A stretch of DNA of 64,000 bases, taken from Nostoc sp. GTDB lineage: Bacteria > Cyanobacteriota > Cyanobacteriia > Cyanobacteriales > Nostocaceae. The notes under the pieces were generated by a model. The model was given only the letters and a program-made list of their open reading frames with translations, did not search any database and was not told the DNA's origin. Position 1 is the first letter of the stretch. The number at the start of each line of letters is the position of its first letter. A program made the position numbers and the translations under genes. Below are positions 18,949 to 29,568 of this stretch, piece by piece. Location: positions 288,001-352,000 of the forward strand of contig JBALDB010000007.1 of the NCBI GenBank assembly GCA_036918135.1, written 5' to 3'.

Positions 18949-19005
18949 TCCTCTCTTACAAAGTTCTGTTCGGAGGAAACCTCCGCTCAGACTTTGCGCT
19001 TTGTC
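18949..19005. repeat. Small dispersed hairpin repeat, copy 1
   Basis: caaagttctgttCGGAGGaaaCCTCCGctcagactttg; second copy at 26846-26902. Confidence 0.8.
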
Positions 19006-19048
19006 ATTTGTCATTTGCTAATGCTCTATGCTCCATGCTCAATAACCA

Positions 19049-20548
19049 ATGACTAAATCAAAAGCATTTATTCAACCACTGGATCGGATAGCGATCGCAC
19101 TGATGCTATTACTGAGTGTACTGATTGGGTTGATGATATTGCAAGGTGATATAGTAACAGCTCGCGTCCGAGATTTTACTTGGCAAAATCAACAAATTGG
19201 TGCAGAAGATAACTCCTTCGCCCTCACCTTTAGCCGCCCAATGGACAGCAAAAGCGTAGAGGATAACTTGAAAATTGAGCCGCCTCTAGCAGGTAAATTC
19301 AGTTGGGCAGGGCGGCGAATGGTTTATACATTGCTCACACCAGCACCCTATGGCACAAATTATAAAGTGCAGTTACAGGGAGCCAAAGATAAGTTTGCTG
19401 AGCTTGAAGGCAAAAATCGGACGATCCAGACTTTTGTCGGCAACTTCCGTACACGCGATCGCGTTATTCTTTACATCGGAACCGAGCATGAAGAACAAGG
19501 AAAGTTAATTCTTTACAACTTAACTCAAGAACAAAAAAGGATACTTACCCCCAAAGACTTAATAGTATTAGACTTTGAGTCATTTCCAGATGGGGAGAAA
19601 ATTTTATTCTCGGCTCGCACCAGTAATAACCAAGACTTACTTTCAGCCCAACTGTACACAGTAACAACAGGCGTTTCTAGCAAATCTGGGCAACAAGCAG
19701 AACCAGCAAGCAAAGTAGACCTGATTTTAGATAGTAAAGATTATCAAAACCTGAAATTTGACTTATCACCCGATGGACAAACTATTGTCATTCAACGGGG
19801 AAACAAAGCTAATCCTGGCGACTTTGGACTCTGGTTTATGCCAGCAAGTAATGACGGTTCCGGAGAAAAGCCCACCCCCAAACGTTTAAAAAGCCAACCA
19901 GGGGGTGACTTTATGATTACCCCAGATAGTAAAGCTGTAGCAGTTGCCCAAGGACAGGGAGCAGCAATTTTACCACTCCAAGGAGATGCCAGTAAACCCT
20001 TAGATTTTCTGCCGCAGTTTGGCTTAGTGCAGGCTTTCTCCAAAGATGGTTCTCAAGCCGCAATGGTAAAATTTAATACAGATTACACGCGAGATTTGTT
20101 TTTAGTTACAAACCAAGGTGTGCAGAAACAACTAGTAAAAACAACAGGCTCAATTGTCAGCTGTCAATTTGATACCGCCTCACCCACCCTTTATTGCTTG
20201 CTAACACAGTTAGTATCTAAAGAACAATACATAGAACAACCTTATGTAGTGGCAATTGACCTAAAAACCGGGCAACAAAAACCACTGTTATTACTGCCTG
20301 TCGATCAGCGAAACGTGCAAATGAGTTTATCTGCTGACGGTTTAGGCTTGTTATTTGACCAAATAGTACCGCAGAAAAACCCACCTACAACATTACCTAC
20401 AAACACTTTGAAAACTGATGATGGAGATACCATTGCAACCAGTAGCTTATGGTTAATGCCTCTATTGCCGATCGCCGACGCTGCAACTGTCGAAATTAAA
20501 CCAGAACAACTCCCCTTAGCTGGATTTCATCCCCGTTGGCTACCTTGA
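19049..20548 (+). CDS. Ig-like domain + TolB-like beta-propeller exported protein
   Basis: N-terminal TM segment, LTFSRPMD..SVE..L.IEP Ig-like motif, and SPDG/TPDS propeller repeats. Confidence 0.85.
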   Translation: MTKSKAFIQPLDRIAIALMLLLSVLIGLMILQGDIVTARVRDFTWQNQQIGAEDNSFALTFSRPMDSKSVEDNLKIEPPLAGKFSWAGRRMVYTLLTPAPYGTNYKVQLQGAKDKFAELEGKNRTIQTFVGNFRTRDRVILYIGTEHEEQGKLILYNLTQEQKRILTPKDLIVLDFESFPDGEKILFSARTSNNQDLLSAQLYTVTTGVSSKSGQQAEPASKVDLILDSKDYQNLKFDLSPDGQTIVIQRGNKANPGDFGLWFMPASNDGSGEKPTPKRLKSQPGGDFMITPDSKAVAVAQGQGAAILPLQGDASKPLDFLPQFGLVQAFSKDGSQAAMVKFNTDYTRDLFLVTNQGVQKQLVKTTGSIVSCQFDTASPTLYCLLTQLVSKEQYIEQPYVVAIDLKTGQQKPLLLLPVDQRNVQMSLSADGLGLLFDQIVPQKNPPTTLPTNTLKTDDGDTIATSSLWLMPLLPIADAATVEIKPEQLPLAGFHPRWLP

Positions 20549-20584
20549 GAATTCGTAATACTGGCCTTTGGCGAGTATTACGAA

Positions 20585-21382
20585 TTACGAATTAATAATT
20601 ATTTGTTGGTAATTTGTCCAAGCTTCCCAAAAAATATAAATTGATAGTATTCCTAAGAAGATACGCAGGACTAAACTTACAGTAAAATCTGGTAGTTTTG
20701 GCAGAGTGCGAGTACTCATCTGAACGCCTACAAGACCTCCAAATCCCAAAATTATACCCTGAATAAATAGAATATTTCCCTCTAATGTATGTCCTGTACA
20801 AGCAGCTAAAGCAGTGATTACAATCACGCCTAAACTAGTCTGAATTGCTACTTTAATTTCTTCTCCTAATAGCAAAATTTGCAGTGGTACCATAATCGTA
20901 CCGCCACCTAAGCCAAATAAACCTGCTAAAATTCCTGCTGCTCCTCCAGTGCCAATTTTAGAAAGTAATGGGTTAAATATTGGTGCGGTATCCTCTTTTT
21001 CTTTCAAGGATAGTTGTTTGCGAAGGTCTATTAAATAAATATTAGCAAGTAATATGATACCAAATGTATAAAGTATTATATATGATGGAATTTTATTAGC
21101 GAAATATACACCTATTCCAGTAGTTAAAAAAGCTGGAATTCCTAAATAAAATACTCGTTTAAAGTCAAAATAGCCCATCCACCAATTCTGTATACTTCCA
21201 GAAATTGAAGTAATTACAATAGCAAGGCTACTAGTAGCGATCGCCTGAACGGGAGTATAACCTAGCGTGACTAAAAGAGGAATCGTAATAATACCCCCAC
21301 CTATTCCTAAAAGTCCAGCTATCACTCCAGATATTAAACCCCCAGCGATTAAAATCAACCAACTAAAATCATTCATAAACAA
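20585..21382 (-). CDS. Sulfite exporter TauE/SafE family
   Basis: Duplicated GLLGIGGG..P / GLFGLGGG..VP and AI.TS motifs, about 8 TM segments. Confidence 0.92.
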   Translation of the reverse strand: MFMNDFSWLILIAGGLISGVIAGLLGIGGGIITIPLLVTLGYTPVQAIATSSLAIVITSISGSIQNWWMGYFDFKRVFYLGIPAFLTTGIGVYFANKIPSYIILYTFGIILLANIYLIDLRKQLSLKEKEDTAPIFNPLLSKIGTGGAAGILAGLFGLGGGTIMVPLQILLLGEEIKVAIQTSLGVIVITALAACTGHTLEGNILFIQGIILGFGGLVGVQMSTRTLPKLPDFTVSLVLRIFLGILSIYIFWEAWTNYQQIIINS

Positions 21383-21454
21383 TTCTTTCTCTACAAAACT
21401 GATAGTTCCGAGGGGGAGTTAGGAATTCTTCCCTCTACCCCCCACTTCTCATAC

Positions 21455-22726
21455 TCACCCTACTCTCACCGGATGACTAACAACGCCTCCATAGAGCAAT
21501 CCAGTATCATTCCACGGAACTGTACTCGGTTGTGTGTTACCTAAATTGTCTGTAGCACGAGCTTGCAGAAAATATTCCCCAGGAAGTGGGTTCCATTCGA
21601 TATCCCAACGTACCCATGCAAATGGAAAGTTTGGTTCTCTCAGTCGTGCAAATTGCCAACTTCTACCACCATCTAGGCTAACTTCCACACGTACAATTTT
21701 TCCTTTGCCAGACCAAGAACGCCCACGCAGTAAGTAACTTCCCGGAGAAAGTCTGGCTGGCCAAGCCAATTCAAAGGCGCTCTTCACATTTTGGTACGTA
21801 ATTAGTTTACCTTTATACGGTGCAATCGCTGGGTAGTCTGCACCAATCAGCACCATTTGCTCCGTCACCCACGGAGTGTATATCGGCGTTTCGGAAACTT
21901 CAATCCGCTCGATCCATTTAACGTTAGCGTTTCCTCCCCAACCAGGAAATAAGACACGGCATGGCCGACCGTGATCTGGAGGTAATGGTTCTCCATTCAT
22001 TGCATAGACGACGAGCGAGTTATCTGCTAATGCCTTGGTAATCGGAACTACACTGCTAAACTTGGACTTTTTAGTTCCCTTTGAATCCAGCGAATCCAAA
22101 TCTGCACCCTGAACGAGTACATCTTTTGCTGTAGATTTCAGCCCAGCTCGCTCTAATAATAATCCAAGTGGCACACCAGTCCACTCAGCTACACCAATAG
22201 CCCCAAGCCTCCACCGCGTTCCAGAAAGTGGTGTATTGTAAGCTTCTTCAAAAAAGCGCCGACCGTTGGCAGCACATTCAATAGCACAAGTGACCGAAAT
22301 CGATGGCATCGCAATGATTTCATCGTAAGTGAACTCACAAGGGGTAGAAACGCCAGTTCCGTGAATCTGCAAACGCCATGTAGATGGGTCAAAGGGAGGA
22401 GGGGTACTGCGGTTGTGAACATAAAACCAATCGTTTGGTACTATATAGCCACGCCCATACATTGCTTCCCAGTTCATCTCTAATGTGCCTTTGCTATGAG
22501 AGATATACCCTGGTGGCAATGGCTTAAGTATTTTACTTTCTTTGGTTTTAACACCTGCCTGACTATAAGCAGGTGCAGGTTTAGCCAACCCCCCAATGGC
22601 TGTTGCACCAACCATAGTGGCTAGTATTTGCAAAAAACGCTGGCGCGAAATACCTGCATCTGTGCTTTTTTGCCAAATGTACTCTTCAATCCGTGCTTTA
22701 AGATAATCCTCCTTGTCATTTGTCAT
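21455..22726 (-). CDS. Molybdopterin oxidoreductase, sulfite oxidase family
   Basis: FYVHN, IECAANGR (Mo-ligand Cys), WTGVPL, AMNGEPLPPDHG.P.R, VKW, VEVSLDGG, ARATD..GNTQP; Tat-like leader SRQRFL. Confidence 0.92.
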   Translation of the reverse strand: MTNDKEDYLKARIEEYIWQKSTDAGISRQRFLQILATMVGATAIGGLAKPAPAYSQAGVKTKESKILKPLPPGYISHSKGTLEMNWEAMYGRGYIVPNDWFYVHNRSTPPPFDPSTWRLQIHGTGVSTPCEFTYDEIIAMPSISVTCAIECAANGRRFFEEAYNTPLSGTRWRLGAIGVAEWTGVPLGLLLERAGLKSTAKDVLVQGADLDSLDSKGTKKSKFSSVVPITKALADNSLVVYAMNGEPLPPDHGRPCRVLFPGWGGNANVKWIERIEVSETPIYTPWVTEQMVLIGADYPAIAPYKGKLITYQNVKSAFELAWPARLSPGSYLLRGRSWSGKGKIVRVEVSLDGGRSWQFARLREPNFPFAWVRWDIEWNPLPGEYFLQARATDNLGNTQPSTVPWNDTGLLYGGVVSHPVRVG

Positions 22727-22758
22727 TTGTTATTTGTCCTTTGTCATTTGTTATTTGT

Positions 22759-22845
22759 TATAGCCGTAGTCACACCGTTTAGGACATAATGACTAAGCGT
22801 GAATGCTAGTAACAGTAATAGTTTTACCTCCTGCCTCCTGCTATA
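22759..22845. mobile_element. MITE-like element with TATAGC...GCTATA ends, copy 1
   Basis: The reverse complement aligns with 40908-41017 (shared GGAGGTAAAACTATTACT and GTCCTAA..TGACTACGGCTATA). Confidence 0.75.
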
Positions 22846-22871
22846 ACAGTCAACTGTCAACAATCAACAGA

Positions 22872-24326
22872 CTATCTGTCTATCACTGTCCAAACACCAG
22901 TAATTTCGTCTTGTGTGTAGTAAGGCAAATAGTAATCAAATCCGTTTTTAGCTATTTGAGCGATCGCATCAATAAAACGATCGCAATCTTGCAATTTATT
23001 ATATACAGCAAAGCTGGCTCGGATAATACAAGGAATGTTGCGCGTAATTCCTTTTTCTACTTCCTTGGCAATCTCCAAGTCTTGCTCTTCTGAAATATTC
23101 TTCAGTTTACGAATGTATTCGTATGTGCAGAAAGCTCCAGCCCGAACCCCAATACCGTATTCTTGTGCCAGAATCTCTGCTACTAAACGTCCGTCAAACC
23201 CATCAATATCAAAGGGAATAACATGGGCTAAATTATCTCCTGGAATATGTACTTTCACACCAGGAATACTTTGAAGTCGTGTATATGTAAATTCAACTAG
23301 AGAGTGCTCGTACTGAGCAATGCGCTCGCGTCCCAGTGCTTCAATAATTTGAATCGCTTTAGCAATGGCGATCGCACCCATTGCATTTGGTGTTCCAGGA
23401 TCGTGCGCCCGTTCTGTGTAAAAACGCTTGATTTCTAAATTTCTGGTGATATAAGGCAGGTTTCCACCGCCGATTTGATAAGGGTAAGAGCTATCAAAAA
23501 ATTCCTTAGGCCCCAGTAAAACCCCGGTTCCATAAGGTGCATACATTTTGTGTCCAGAGAAAGCTACAAAATCTAAATGACATGGGTCATCATCTGGACG
23601 CATATCTACTCGTTCGTGCTGAATTAATTGACACACGTCAGCAAACATCTTTGCACCATACCGATGTGCTAAAGCTGCGATTTCGTAAATCGGAGGTCTA
23701 TAGCCTGTAATTGTTGAGGCACCTGTAATAGTAACTAACTTGATTTGCTCAGCTTTCGGGCGATTTTGGTGTGCCTTGAAGATATTTTCAATTTCAGTCA
23801 GACTGACACTTCCATCTGGCTGGGTTCTGTATTGCACAACTTCGTCTCTAGTTACCCAAGGCAACAAGTTTGATGAATGTTCAATATCAGAGACTAAGAT
23901 TTTTCCAGGTATTTTTGCCCAAAGTGTAGCGGCTCCATTAATTGCTTCTGTTGTATTTTTCCCAAAGATTACATAGTTCTGTGAAGATGACCCCACAAAG
24001 TCCCGAATGATGTTCCGACTAGCGTCATATTCTCGTGTAGTGATGATGGATTTGTGCCCAGAACCTCGATGCACGCTGCCATAAGTGTCAAGCATTTCAT
24101 CTATATACTGCTTGAGAGTTGCAAAGGGAGTGGTTGTTGCTCCATTATCCAGGTTCACGTACTTAATATAGTTTCCATTCAAGGTTTTCACCCTGAAAGA
24201 TAGAGACTCATCTGTGAATAAGGGTCTAATTTCTTTGTTCCAAAAACTATCAAAATTTTCTTGAAATAGCGATAAATGAGCAGTTACTTGATTGTTCTTT
24301 GCATTGAACGTAAATATATCAGTCAT
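22872..24326 (-). CDS. PLP-dependent aminotransferase class V, cysteine desulfurase (SufS)-like
   Basis: LDNGATT, SVHRG, NTTEAIN, EHSSN, SGHKMYAP (PLP Lys), GTPN and RAGAFC (catalytic Cys). Confidence 0.88.
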   Translation of the reverse strand: MTDIFTFNAKNNQVTAHLSLFQENFDSFWNKEIRPLFTDESLSFRVKTLNGNYIKYVNLDNGATTTPFATLKQYIDEMLDTYGSVHRGSGHKSIITTREYDASRNIIRDFVGSSSQNYVIFGKNTTEAINGAATLWAKIPGKILVSDIEHSSNLLPWVTRDEVVQYRTQPDGSVSLTEIENIFKAHQNRPKAEQIKLVTITGASTITGYRPPIYEIAALAHRYGAKMFADVCQLIQHERVDMRPDDDPCHLDFVAFSGHKMYAPYGTGVLLGPKEFFDSSYPYQIGGGNLPYITRNLEIKRFYTERAHDPGTPNAMGAIAIAKAIQIIEALGRERIAQYEHSLVEFTYTRLQSIPGVKVHIPGDNLAHVIPFDIDGFDGRLVAEILAQEYGIGVRAGAFCTYEYIRKLKNISEEQDLEIAKEVEKGITRNIPCIIRASFAVYNKLQDCDRFIDAIAQIAKNGFDYYLPYYTQDEITGVWTVIDR

Positions 24327-25338
24327 TTTTCACACCCCTATTTTAAATTTTTTATTTTTGGATAAGCCTAATATCACAAAGGTTTCTCCTGCAAACTCAT
24401 CAGATTGCATCCAGGAATTTTAGTGTTTTAAATTACTTAATTGCTCAGAGAAATACTAGTGATTCCAACTATTGTTTAATAAATAATTAAAAAACGTAAC
24501 CAGTATTTATACTTATTTAAATACTAATTTTATTTCTTTTTTATACATTGTAATAAATGTAGTTTTGTATTTAAGTATACTTGATTTAATTTTTCTATAG
24601 TTATTAAATAAACTTCACAAATTGAAACCAAACTGATACGAAAATCTTCTTACCAACTAAACCTAAAATTCTTACCAGGAATATGTTTCTCGTTAAAAAA
24701 CCTGCTACTAAATTGAGATTGTCCTTCAAAAAAGTTTTATATTCATACTTAGTTTTTTTAGTACTCAATTAGACTTAATTATTTCAGTATTTATACTTTA
24801 ATGTTATAATTTCATAACATAATTGTTTTTATAGAAACTCTTAGTTGTTTACTCCATCCAATAGCGATGCCTACGGCGGCAAGCTACACCGAGAATTAAA
24901 AAATTAAATTGAATAGTAGATGTTTATATAGGCATCTGTCTTAGGTAAAAAATAAATCAATACAAAACTATATCTTAAAACATATTTAAATATATATCTT
25001 CAGATAGATGTAATTAAAAAAGTAGAATTATACGTTTACCAAGGTTTCCAGCATGAAAAACTAAATCAAGCAATAGAATTTAGTTTTGAAGTATAGGCTT
25101 TGGCGTTTTTCCCTCATGTTTCCCACTTCCCAACCTCTACTCTTCTTGACGGGAAAGAGGCTCATAGTGTTATAACGGCATCAGTCTAGATACAAAATGA
25201 GTAATAACCGATTGATAACTAATTACTCGTGCTTAGAGAGAGTTAAACTTAGCTTCTAGAGCAAACCGCGATCGACTGTGTTCGGTCGGCAATGCTAACA
25301 CCAGCAGTGCTGAATATTTTTAAGCGGGTGGGTCAAGA

Positions 25339-26817
25339 GTGATGAATCAAGCTGACACCTCAAACAAGGGGGCTGTGATGGAATCTCTAAATTCTGCTAG
25401 TTCGCCACAATCAAAGCAGGCGAATTGTCCCTTTTACTCAGTTATGCCTAATGACGATATGGCAATTTCAAAACTGCCACTACTCATGCCGGCTGAAGAT
25501 ACACAATTTTCAGAAGATAGTACCCAGCAAGACTGGGTTGCAGAGCCTGAAAGCGGCAAACAAGCACTTCTTGACTCAGAATTTCAGAAGCTGCTGGCAT
25601 TGAATGAAGAATTGGGTGCAGCTAATAATAACCTGTATGAACAAGTAGAGCAGCTAAAAGACAATCTAGCTGAGTCTGAAAAAGTTTTGCAGTGGCAGAA
25701 AACGCGTTCTAGCGTTACTGAGTCGATGCTCAACCAACAAACTCAGGAACTAGCCGCTGCTCAAGAACAGATTAAGTCGCTATTTCAACAATTAGAAACT
25801 GCTGTACAAACTGTTCAACGCCAAGAAGTTTTCATTGAAACCCATAAAGCACAGCTACAAATTAGCCAACAACGCCTCGCCCAGCTAGAACGGGAATGTA
25901 CGTTGCTACACACAACTAATAATGAAAAGTCTCAAAAGTTATTGCAATCAGAAAATGCTTGTCGGGAATTACGTACTAGACTCATGCGCCAACAACGCCA
26001 GACCTTGCAATTTAAAGCGGCTCTGGAGAAATGTCTAGACACACCTGTTCCTGGTTATGACTCTCTAGATGATACTGCAAAACATCCCAAAGACATCACT
26101 TCCACACAAGGAAGATTTTCTCGAAAAGCTCGGTCTTTGTTTCCTAATGCACAGCCAATTAAACCTTGGTCAGCAGAGCCAGAATCCTTGAGTGATAATC
26201 TAGATAATTCTTGGGGAGAACCGTCACCACCACTTCCATTTCAAAGAAATCAACCCACGCCGACTTCCTCATCTTCTTGGAATAGGTCAGTTAAAGAAGA
26301 CACGCCAACACCAGCGCAACCTCTTTCCTCACCTGAAATTGATGATTCCGCAGATGCAGCAGAAACTGTTTCACCTTTAGAGTCACCAAACTTAGATCAG
26401 CAATTAGATAGTCTCATCCAAATGTTTTTCACCTCCCAGCCTGCATCTGCATCACCAGCAGTTGCGGCAAAAATAGATGTGGATAGTAATGTAGGTGATG
26501 CGCCTGTCTGGGAAACTTTAGCAACAGTTCTAGAGAATGAAGAGGAAGTAGAAAATCCACAACAGCAGTTGGAGGTAGAAATTAACCCCCCTACAACTAC
26601 CTCCACCGCATCTGGCACCAAGATATTTGTTGAAGAAACTGAAGACTATTGGTCAGAAGTTCCACAATTAACACAGTTGGATTTGTCTGCATCATTAGGT
26701 GATAATGCCGATGATGCCAATTCACCCTCACCCGTGGTTTATCCCCAGCGTCCGCCCAAAGGACGTAAGTCATTAGCATCTGTGGAACTGCCGAATTTTC
26801 GCCCCAAGGAGAAATAG
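25339..26817 (+). CDS. Coiled-coil hypothetical protein with a disordered C-terminus
   Basis: Long Q/E/L heptad region and a C-terminal SPSPVVYP.RP.K.RKSLASVELPNF motif. Confidence 0.8.
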   Translation: MMNQADTSNKGAVMESLNSASSPQSKQANCPFYSVMPNDDMAISKLPLLMPAEDTQFSEDSTQQDWVAEPESGKQALLDSEFQKLLALNEELGAANNNLYEQVEQLKDNLAESEKVLQWQKTRSSVTESMLNQQTQELAAAQEQIKSLFQQLETAVQTVQRQEVFIETHKAQLQISQQRLAQLERECTLLHTTNNEKSQKLLQSENACRELRTRLMRQQRQTLQFKAALEKCLDTPVPGYDSLDDTAKHPKDITSTQGRFSRKARSLFPNAQPIKPWSAEPESLSDNLDNSWGEPSPPLPFQRNQPTPTSSSSWNRSVKEDTPTPAQPLSSPEIDDSADAAETVSPLESPNLDQQLDSLIQMFFTSQPASASPAVAAKIDVDSNVGDAPVWETLATVLENEEEVENPQQQLEVEINPPTTTSTASGTKIFVEETEDYWSEVPQLTQLDLSASLGDNADDANSPSPVVYPQRPPKGRKSLASVELPNFRPKEK

Positions 26818-26845
26818 TTAGTTGTCATTAGTCATTTGTCAGTTG

Positions 26846-26902
26846 TCCTCTTTTACAAAGTTCTGATCCAAGGAAGCCTTGGCTCAGACTTTGCACTTTG
26901 TC
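26846..26902. repeat. Small dispersed hairpin repeat, copy 2
   Basis: caaagttctgatCCAAGGaagCCTTGGctcagactttg within STRR heptamers. Confidence 0.8.
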
Positions 26903-26942
26903 ATTTGTTAGTTGTTATTAAGCAATGACCAATGACTAATGA

Positions 26943-29054
26943 CTAATGACTAAATTTCTGAATTATGGCTTCTGAGTTAGTTTTTGCTACTTGAGTAGCC
27001 GATCGCGGTTTGCCTGTGGCGATCGCATAATTAATTACTAACAGCCGTAACCACAATCCCGGATTTCGGGGTTCTAGCCAAGAACCTACCCCGCTCAAAA
27101 ACTGCGGGAACCACGGACTCAGTAAAGCACTAACCAAGGCATGACGAGAAAAGTTAAAATAACTGCCCAGCCATCGGCCTAAATCCTTAGGCCCAGCAAG
27201 TTCCCAAATCCATAAAAGCAAGGCTGGATTTTTCTTTGCTGCTTTGAGTGCTAGGCGGTTAAAGGTTAACCAATCAAATCTGTCTTTAATGAAGTTATCT
27301 GCCACCTGTTGAGGTTCGTCTGCTAACAGTCCAAAGAAGGTATTGAGCATGGCATTTACCCGCTGTGGTGGTAAAAATTTCCCTGTAGGTACCATCATGC
27401 CTTTGGAAAATAGCCATGTGACTGAAACGTTACTTTGGTAAGCACGAATTTGGTTTAAGTGTGCCAAACTCAATAAGTCATGCTTGAGAGCAGTATCTAA
27501 TAGCGTTGTTAAGCGCTCTAAGTTACGAACCAGCGAACCAAAACCTGTGAAAACCAAAGGAGATTGGAGTGATGCAGCATCACCGATCGCAATCAAGCGA
27601 TCGAAGGCTACTGTGCGATCGCTACTCCCGACACTAAAATGCCCCGGTATATACCCAAATGTCGGCTTTTTCCAGACCAATTTATCCATATCGCATCTGC
27701 GATACTCTGGCAAAATTGTGAAAAAGTCCTCGTACATCTCCAGCAAGGAACCGGGATTTTCAGTATTGACTTGGTGGTAATGAAATAAGTAAATCGTCAG
27801 CTCCTCATCTGCGCCGGGAAACAATTCCCAAATTAGCTGTCTGCCGCGCGAAATATCCCCATGACTGTTTAGGACATCTCCATATTCACAATCCCATACC
27901 TGTGGTTCAAATCCGCTTTCAATTGCCGCTCCCACAGTCGGACACACGCTGTCAAAGGCACGATCGCTATTCAATTGCCAAGCAATGGGGGACGCTGTTC
28001 CCATCGCATCTACTAGTAGCCGCCCACCTACTTGTTTTTCAATTTCACTAGGTAAATGCTTGACTTTTATTACTACTTGTGATTCATTAATATCTGCACG
28101 GATAAACTCTGTTTCATCCCAAATTTCTCCGCCTGCGGCTTGCAGCTTTTGCCCACATAGTTGCAGCAACCTTTCGGAATCTAAGCCTAAATTTAGGACT
28201 GTGGGTGTATGCAGCACTGGCGATCGCAGTTTACTTGGATTATTGCCATCAAAAAACTTATTAAATCCATCTTTGTATTCTCTAGCAATGATGGTTTCTA
28301 ACTCTGCGGGGGTGATTAAATCCAAGTTAAGCAAACTTTGAATTTCATCGCGGGAAATATTCCATTCTCGATTCATTCGCCCAAAGGGCATTCGTTCCAC
28401 CAGCAAGATTTTATATCCAAGTTTTGCCATTACTGCTGCATGGATGACACCCAGTGCGCCACCGATGTAAATCAGGTCGTATTGAGGATTAGGTATTGGA
28501 GATTGGCTATTGGGATTTCCTCCTCCCCAGTTCCCAGTATTAGAAAACACCACCTGTCGCGGCTGCTGTGGATTCTGTACCCCTTCGCGCCATCGCTGTT
28601 CCCACCAGTAGGCACGCTTGAGGTCATATTCACCGTTGGGCATTTTCTGAAAATATTTGACGGTGAGAGGGTAGTAAGGGGCAAGGGCTACAAAAATCGA
28701 TTGCTGAGATAAATCAATAGCTGGCGGTTGGGGGTAATGATGCCCAAAACGGCTTCTGATTTCTTTTTTCAGGTGTTGCAGGATTTCTTTCTCTTGGGGG
28801 AAGGGTTGTTGTGCCCAACGAAACACTTTTAAATAGGTAGTTCGTTGCACTGACCATACAAATACAGAAAGTTCTGTAGGCAAGTTTTCGGAAATTGCGT
28901 CACCAACAGTTGTAGTAGCGGTAGTGATTTTGAGACGGAAGCCTTCTGAAGTCAGCACTTTTTCCCCATGTCTTGGTTGAAAATCTGTTTGCAACCAGTT
29001 ACGCACAGCAGCGATATCCGCAGTTGGAACTTCTAAATAAAGGATTTCTTTCAT
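26943..29054 (-). CDS. cruA: FAD-dependent oxidoreductase, CruA-type lycopene cyclase
   Basis: YDLIYIGGALG, RMNREWNIS, VCPTVG, IWELFP, GDAASLQSPLVFTGFGS; carries a repeat-derived NSQSPIPNP insert. Confidence 0.7.
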   Translation of the reverse strand: MKEILYLEVPTADIAAVRNWLQTDFQPRHGEKVLTSEGFRLKITTATTTVGDAISENLPTELSVFVWSVQRTTYLKVFRWAQQPFPQEKEILQHLKKEIRSRFGHHYPQPPAIDLSQQSIFVALAPYYPLTVKYFQKMPNGEYDLKRAYWWEQRWREGVQNPQQPRQVVFSNTGNWGGGNPNSQSPIPNPQYDLIYIGGALGVIHAAVMAKLGYKILLVERMPFGRMNREWNISRDEIQSLLNLDLITPAELETIIAREYKDGFNKFFDGNNPSKLRSPVLHTPTVLNLGLDSERLLQLCGQKLQAAGGEIWDETEFIRADINESQVVIKVKHLPSEIEKQVGGRLLVDAMGTASPIAWQLNSDRAFDSVCPTVGAAIESGFEPQVWDCEYGDVLNSHGDISRGRQLIWELFPGADEELTIYLFHYHQVNTENPGSLLEMYEDFFTILPEYRRCDMDKLVWKKPTFGYIPGHFSVGSSDRTVAFDRLIAIGDAASLQSPLVFTGFGSLVRNLERLTTLLDTALKHDLLSLAHLNQIRAYQSNVSVTWLFSKGMMVPTGKFLPPQRVNAMLNTFFGLLADEPQQVADNFIKDRFDWLTFNRLALKAAKKNPALLLWIWELAGPKDLGRWLGSYFNFSRHALVSALLSPWFPQFLSGVGSWLEPRNPGLWLRLLVINYAIATGKPRSATQVAKTNSEAIIQKFSH

Positions 29055-29214
29055 CTTTTCCTGACATCTCTAAACAATCTATTCACAAAGACAGATTTTA
29101 TGAAGGCACATAATAGGGTAAACTCCGCCCTATTAGTTACGTAAAGATTCAGTGAAGAAATTTTAAGATTTTGTCAAATTTATTGTTCATTTTGTAAAAG
29201 TGTAAACCCACGCC

Positions 29215-29448
29215 ATGAATTATCCCATTCCAGACAGTCCCCAGGAAATTGTAGCTCTACGACAACAGCCGATTGATGAAGAATTAGTTGCCAGTGCGAT
29301 CGCTGGAGTTATTAAAATTGTCCGCGCTCAGGGTCAATCTTTGGAAGAATTAACTGCTCAGCTGCTAGCGGAAGATCCACTGCTAGACCAGCAACAACGT
29401 CGGTGGTTGAGCCAATTAGTTGCCCAAGCTTGGGAAAAGTTCTCGTAG
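29215..29448 (+). CDS. Small conserved hypothetical protein
   Basis: 77 aa, DEELVASAIAGVI..R..GQSLEEL motif. Confidence 0.75.
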   Translation: MNYPIPDSPQEIVALRQQPIDEELVASAIAGVIKIVRAQGQSLEELTAQLLAEDPLLDQQQRRWLSQLVAQAWEKFS

Positions 29449-29491
29449 AATGAATGCGATCCGCAATTGTGCATTTAAATATTGGAATATT

Positions 29492-29568
29492 GGCAATACC
29501 TGCGGTGGTCACTGAGCTTCTCGCTCTGAGCGACACGAAGGGTGTCAAAGTGCGGGCTGCGCCTGAGC
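29492..29568. repeat. Nested small dispersed repeat (SDR-like) mosaic
   Basis: GC-rich gcaatacctgcggtg[gtcactgagc...gtcaaagt]gcgggctgcgcc resembles HIP1-associated Nostoc small repeats. Confidence 0.45.

Noticed and set aside
24382..24403. Hammerhead ribozyme core (CTGATGAG...GAAAC on the minus strand)
   Set aside because: Stem II cannot close (A rather than C before GAAA), stem I is not convincing, and an alternative simple hairpin explains the sequence. A cmscan would settle it.
24567..24580. NtcA site GTA-N8-TAC upstream of the sulfur operon
   Set aside because: The context is extremely AT-rich and there is no TAN3T box at the expected distance, so it may be chance.
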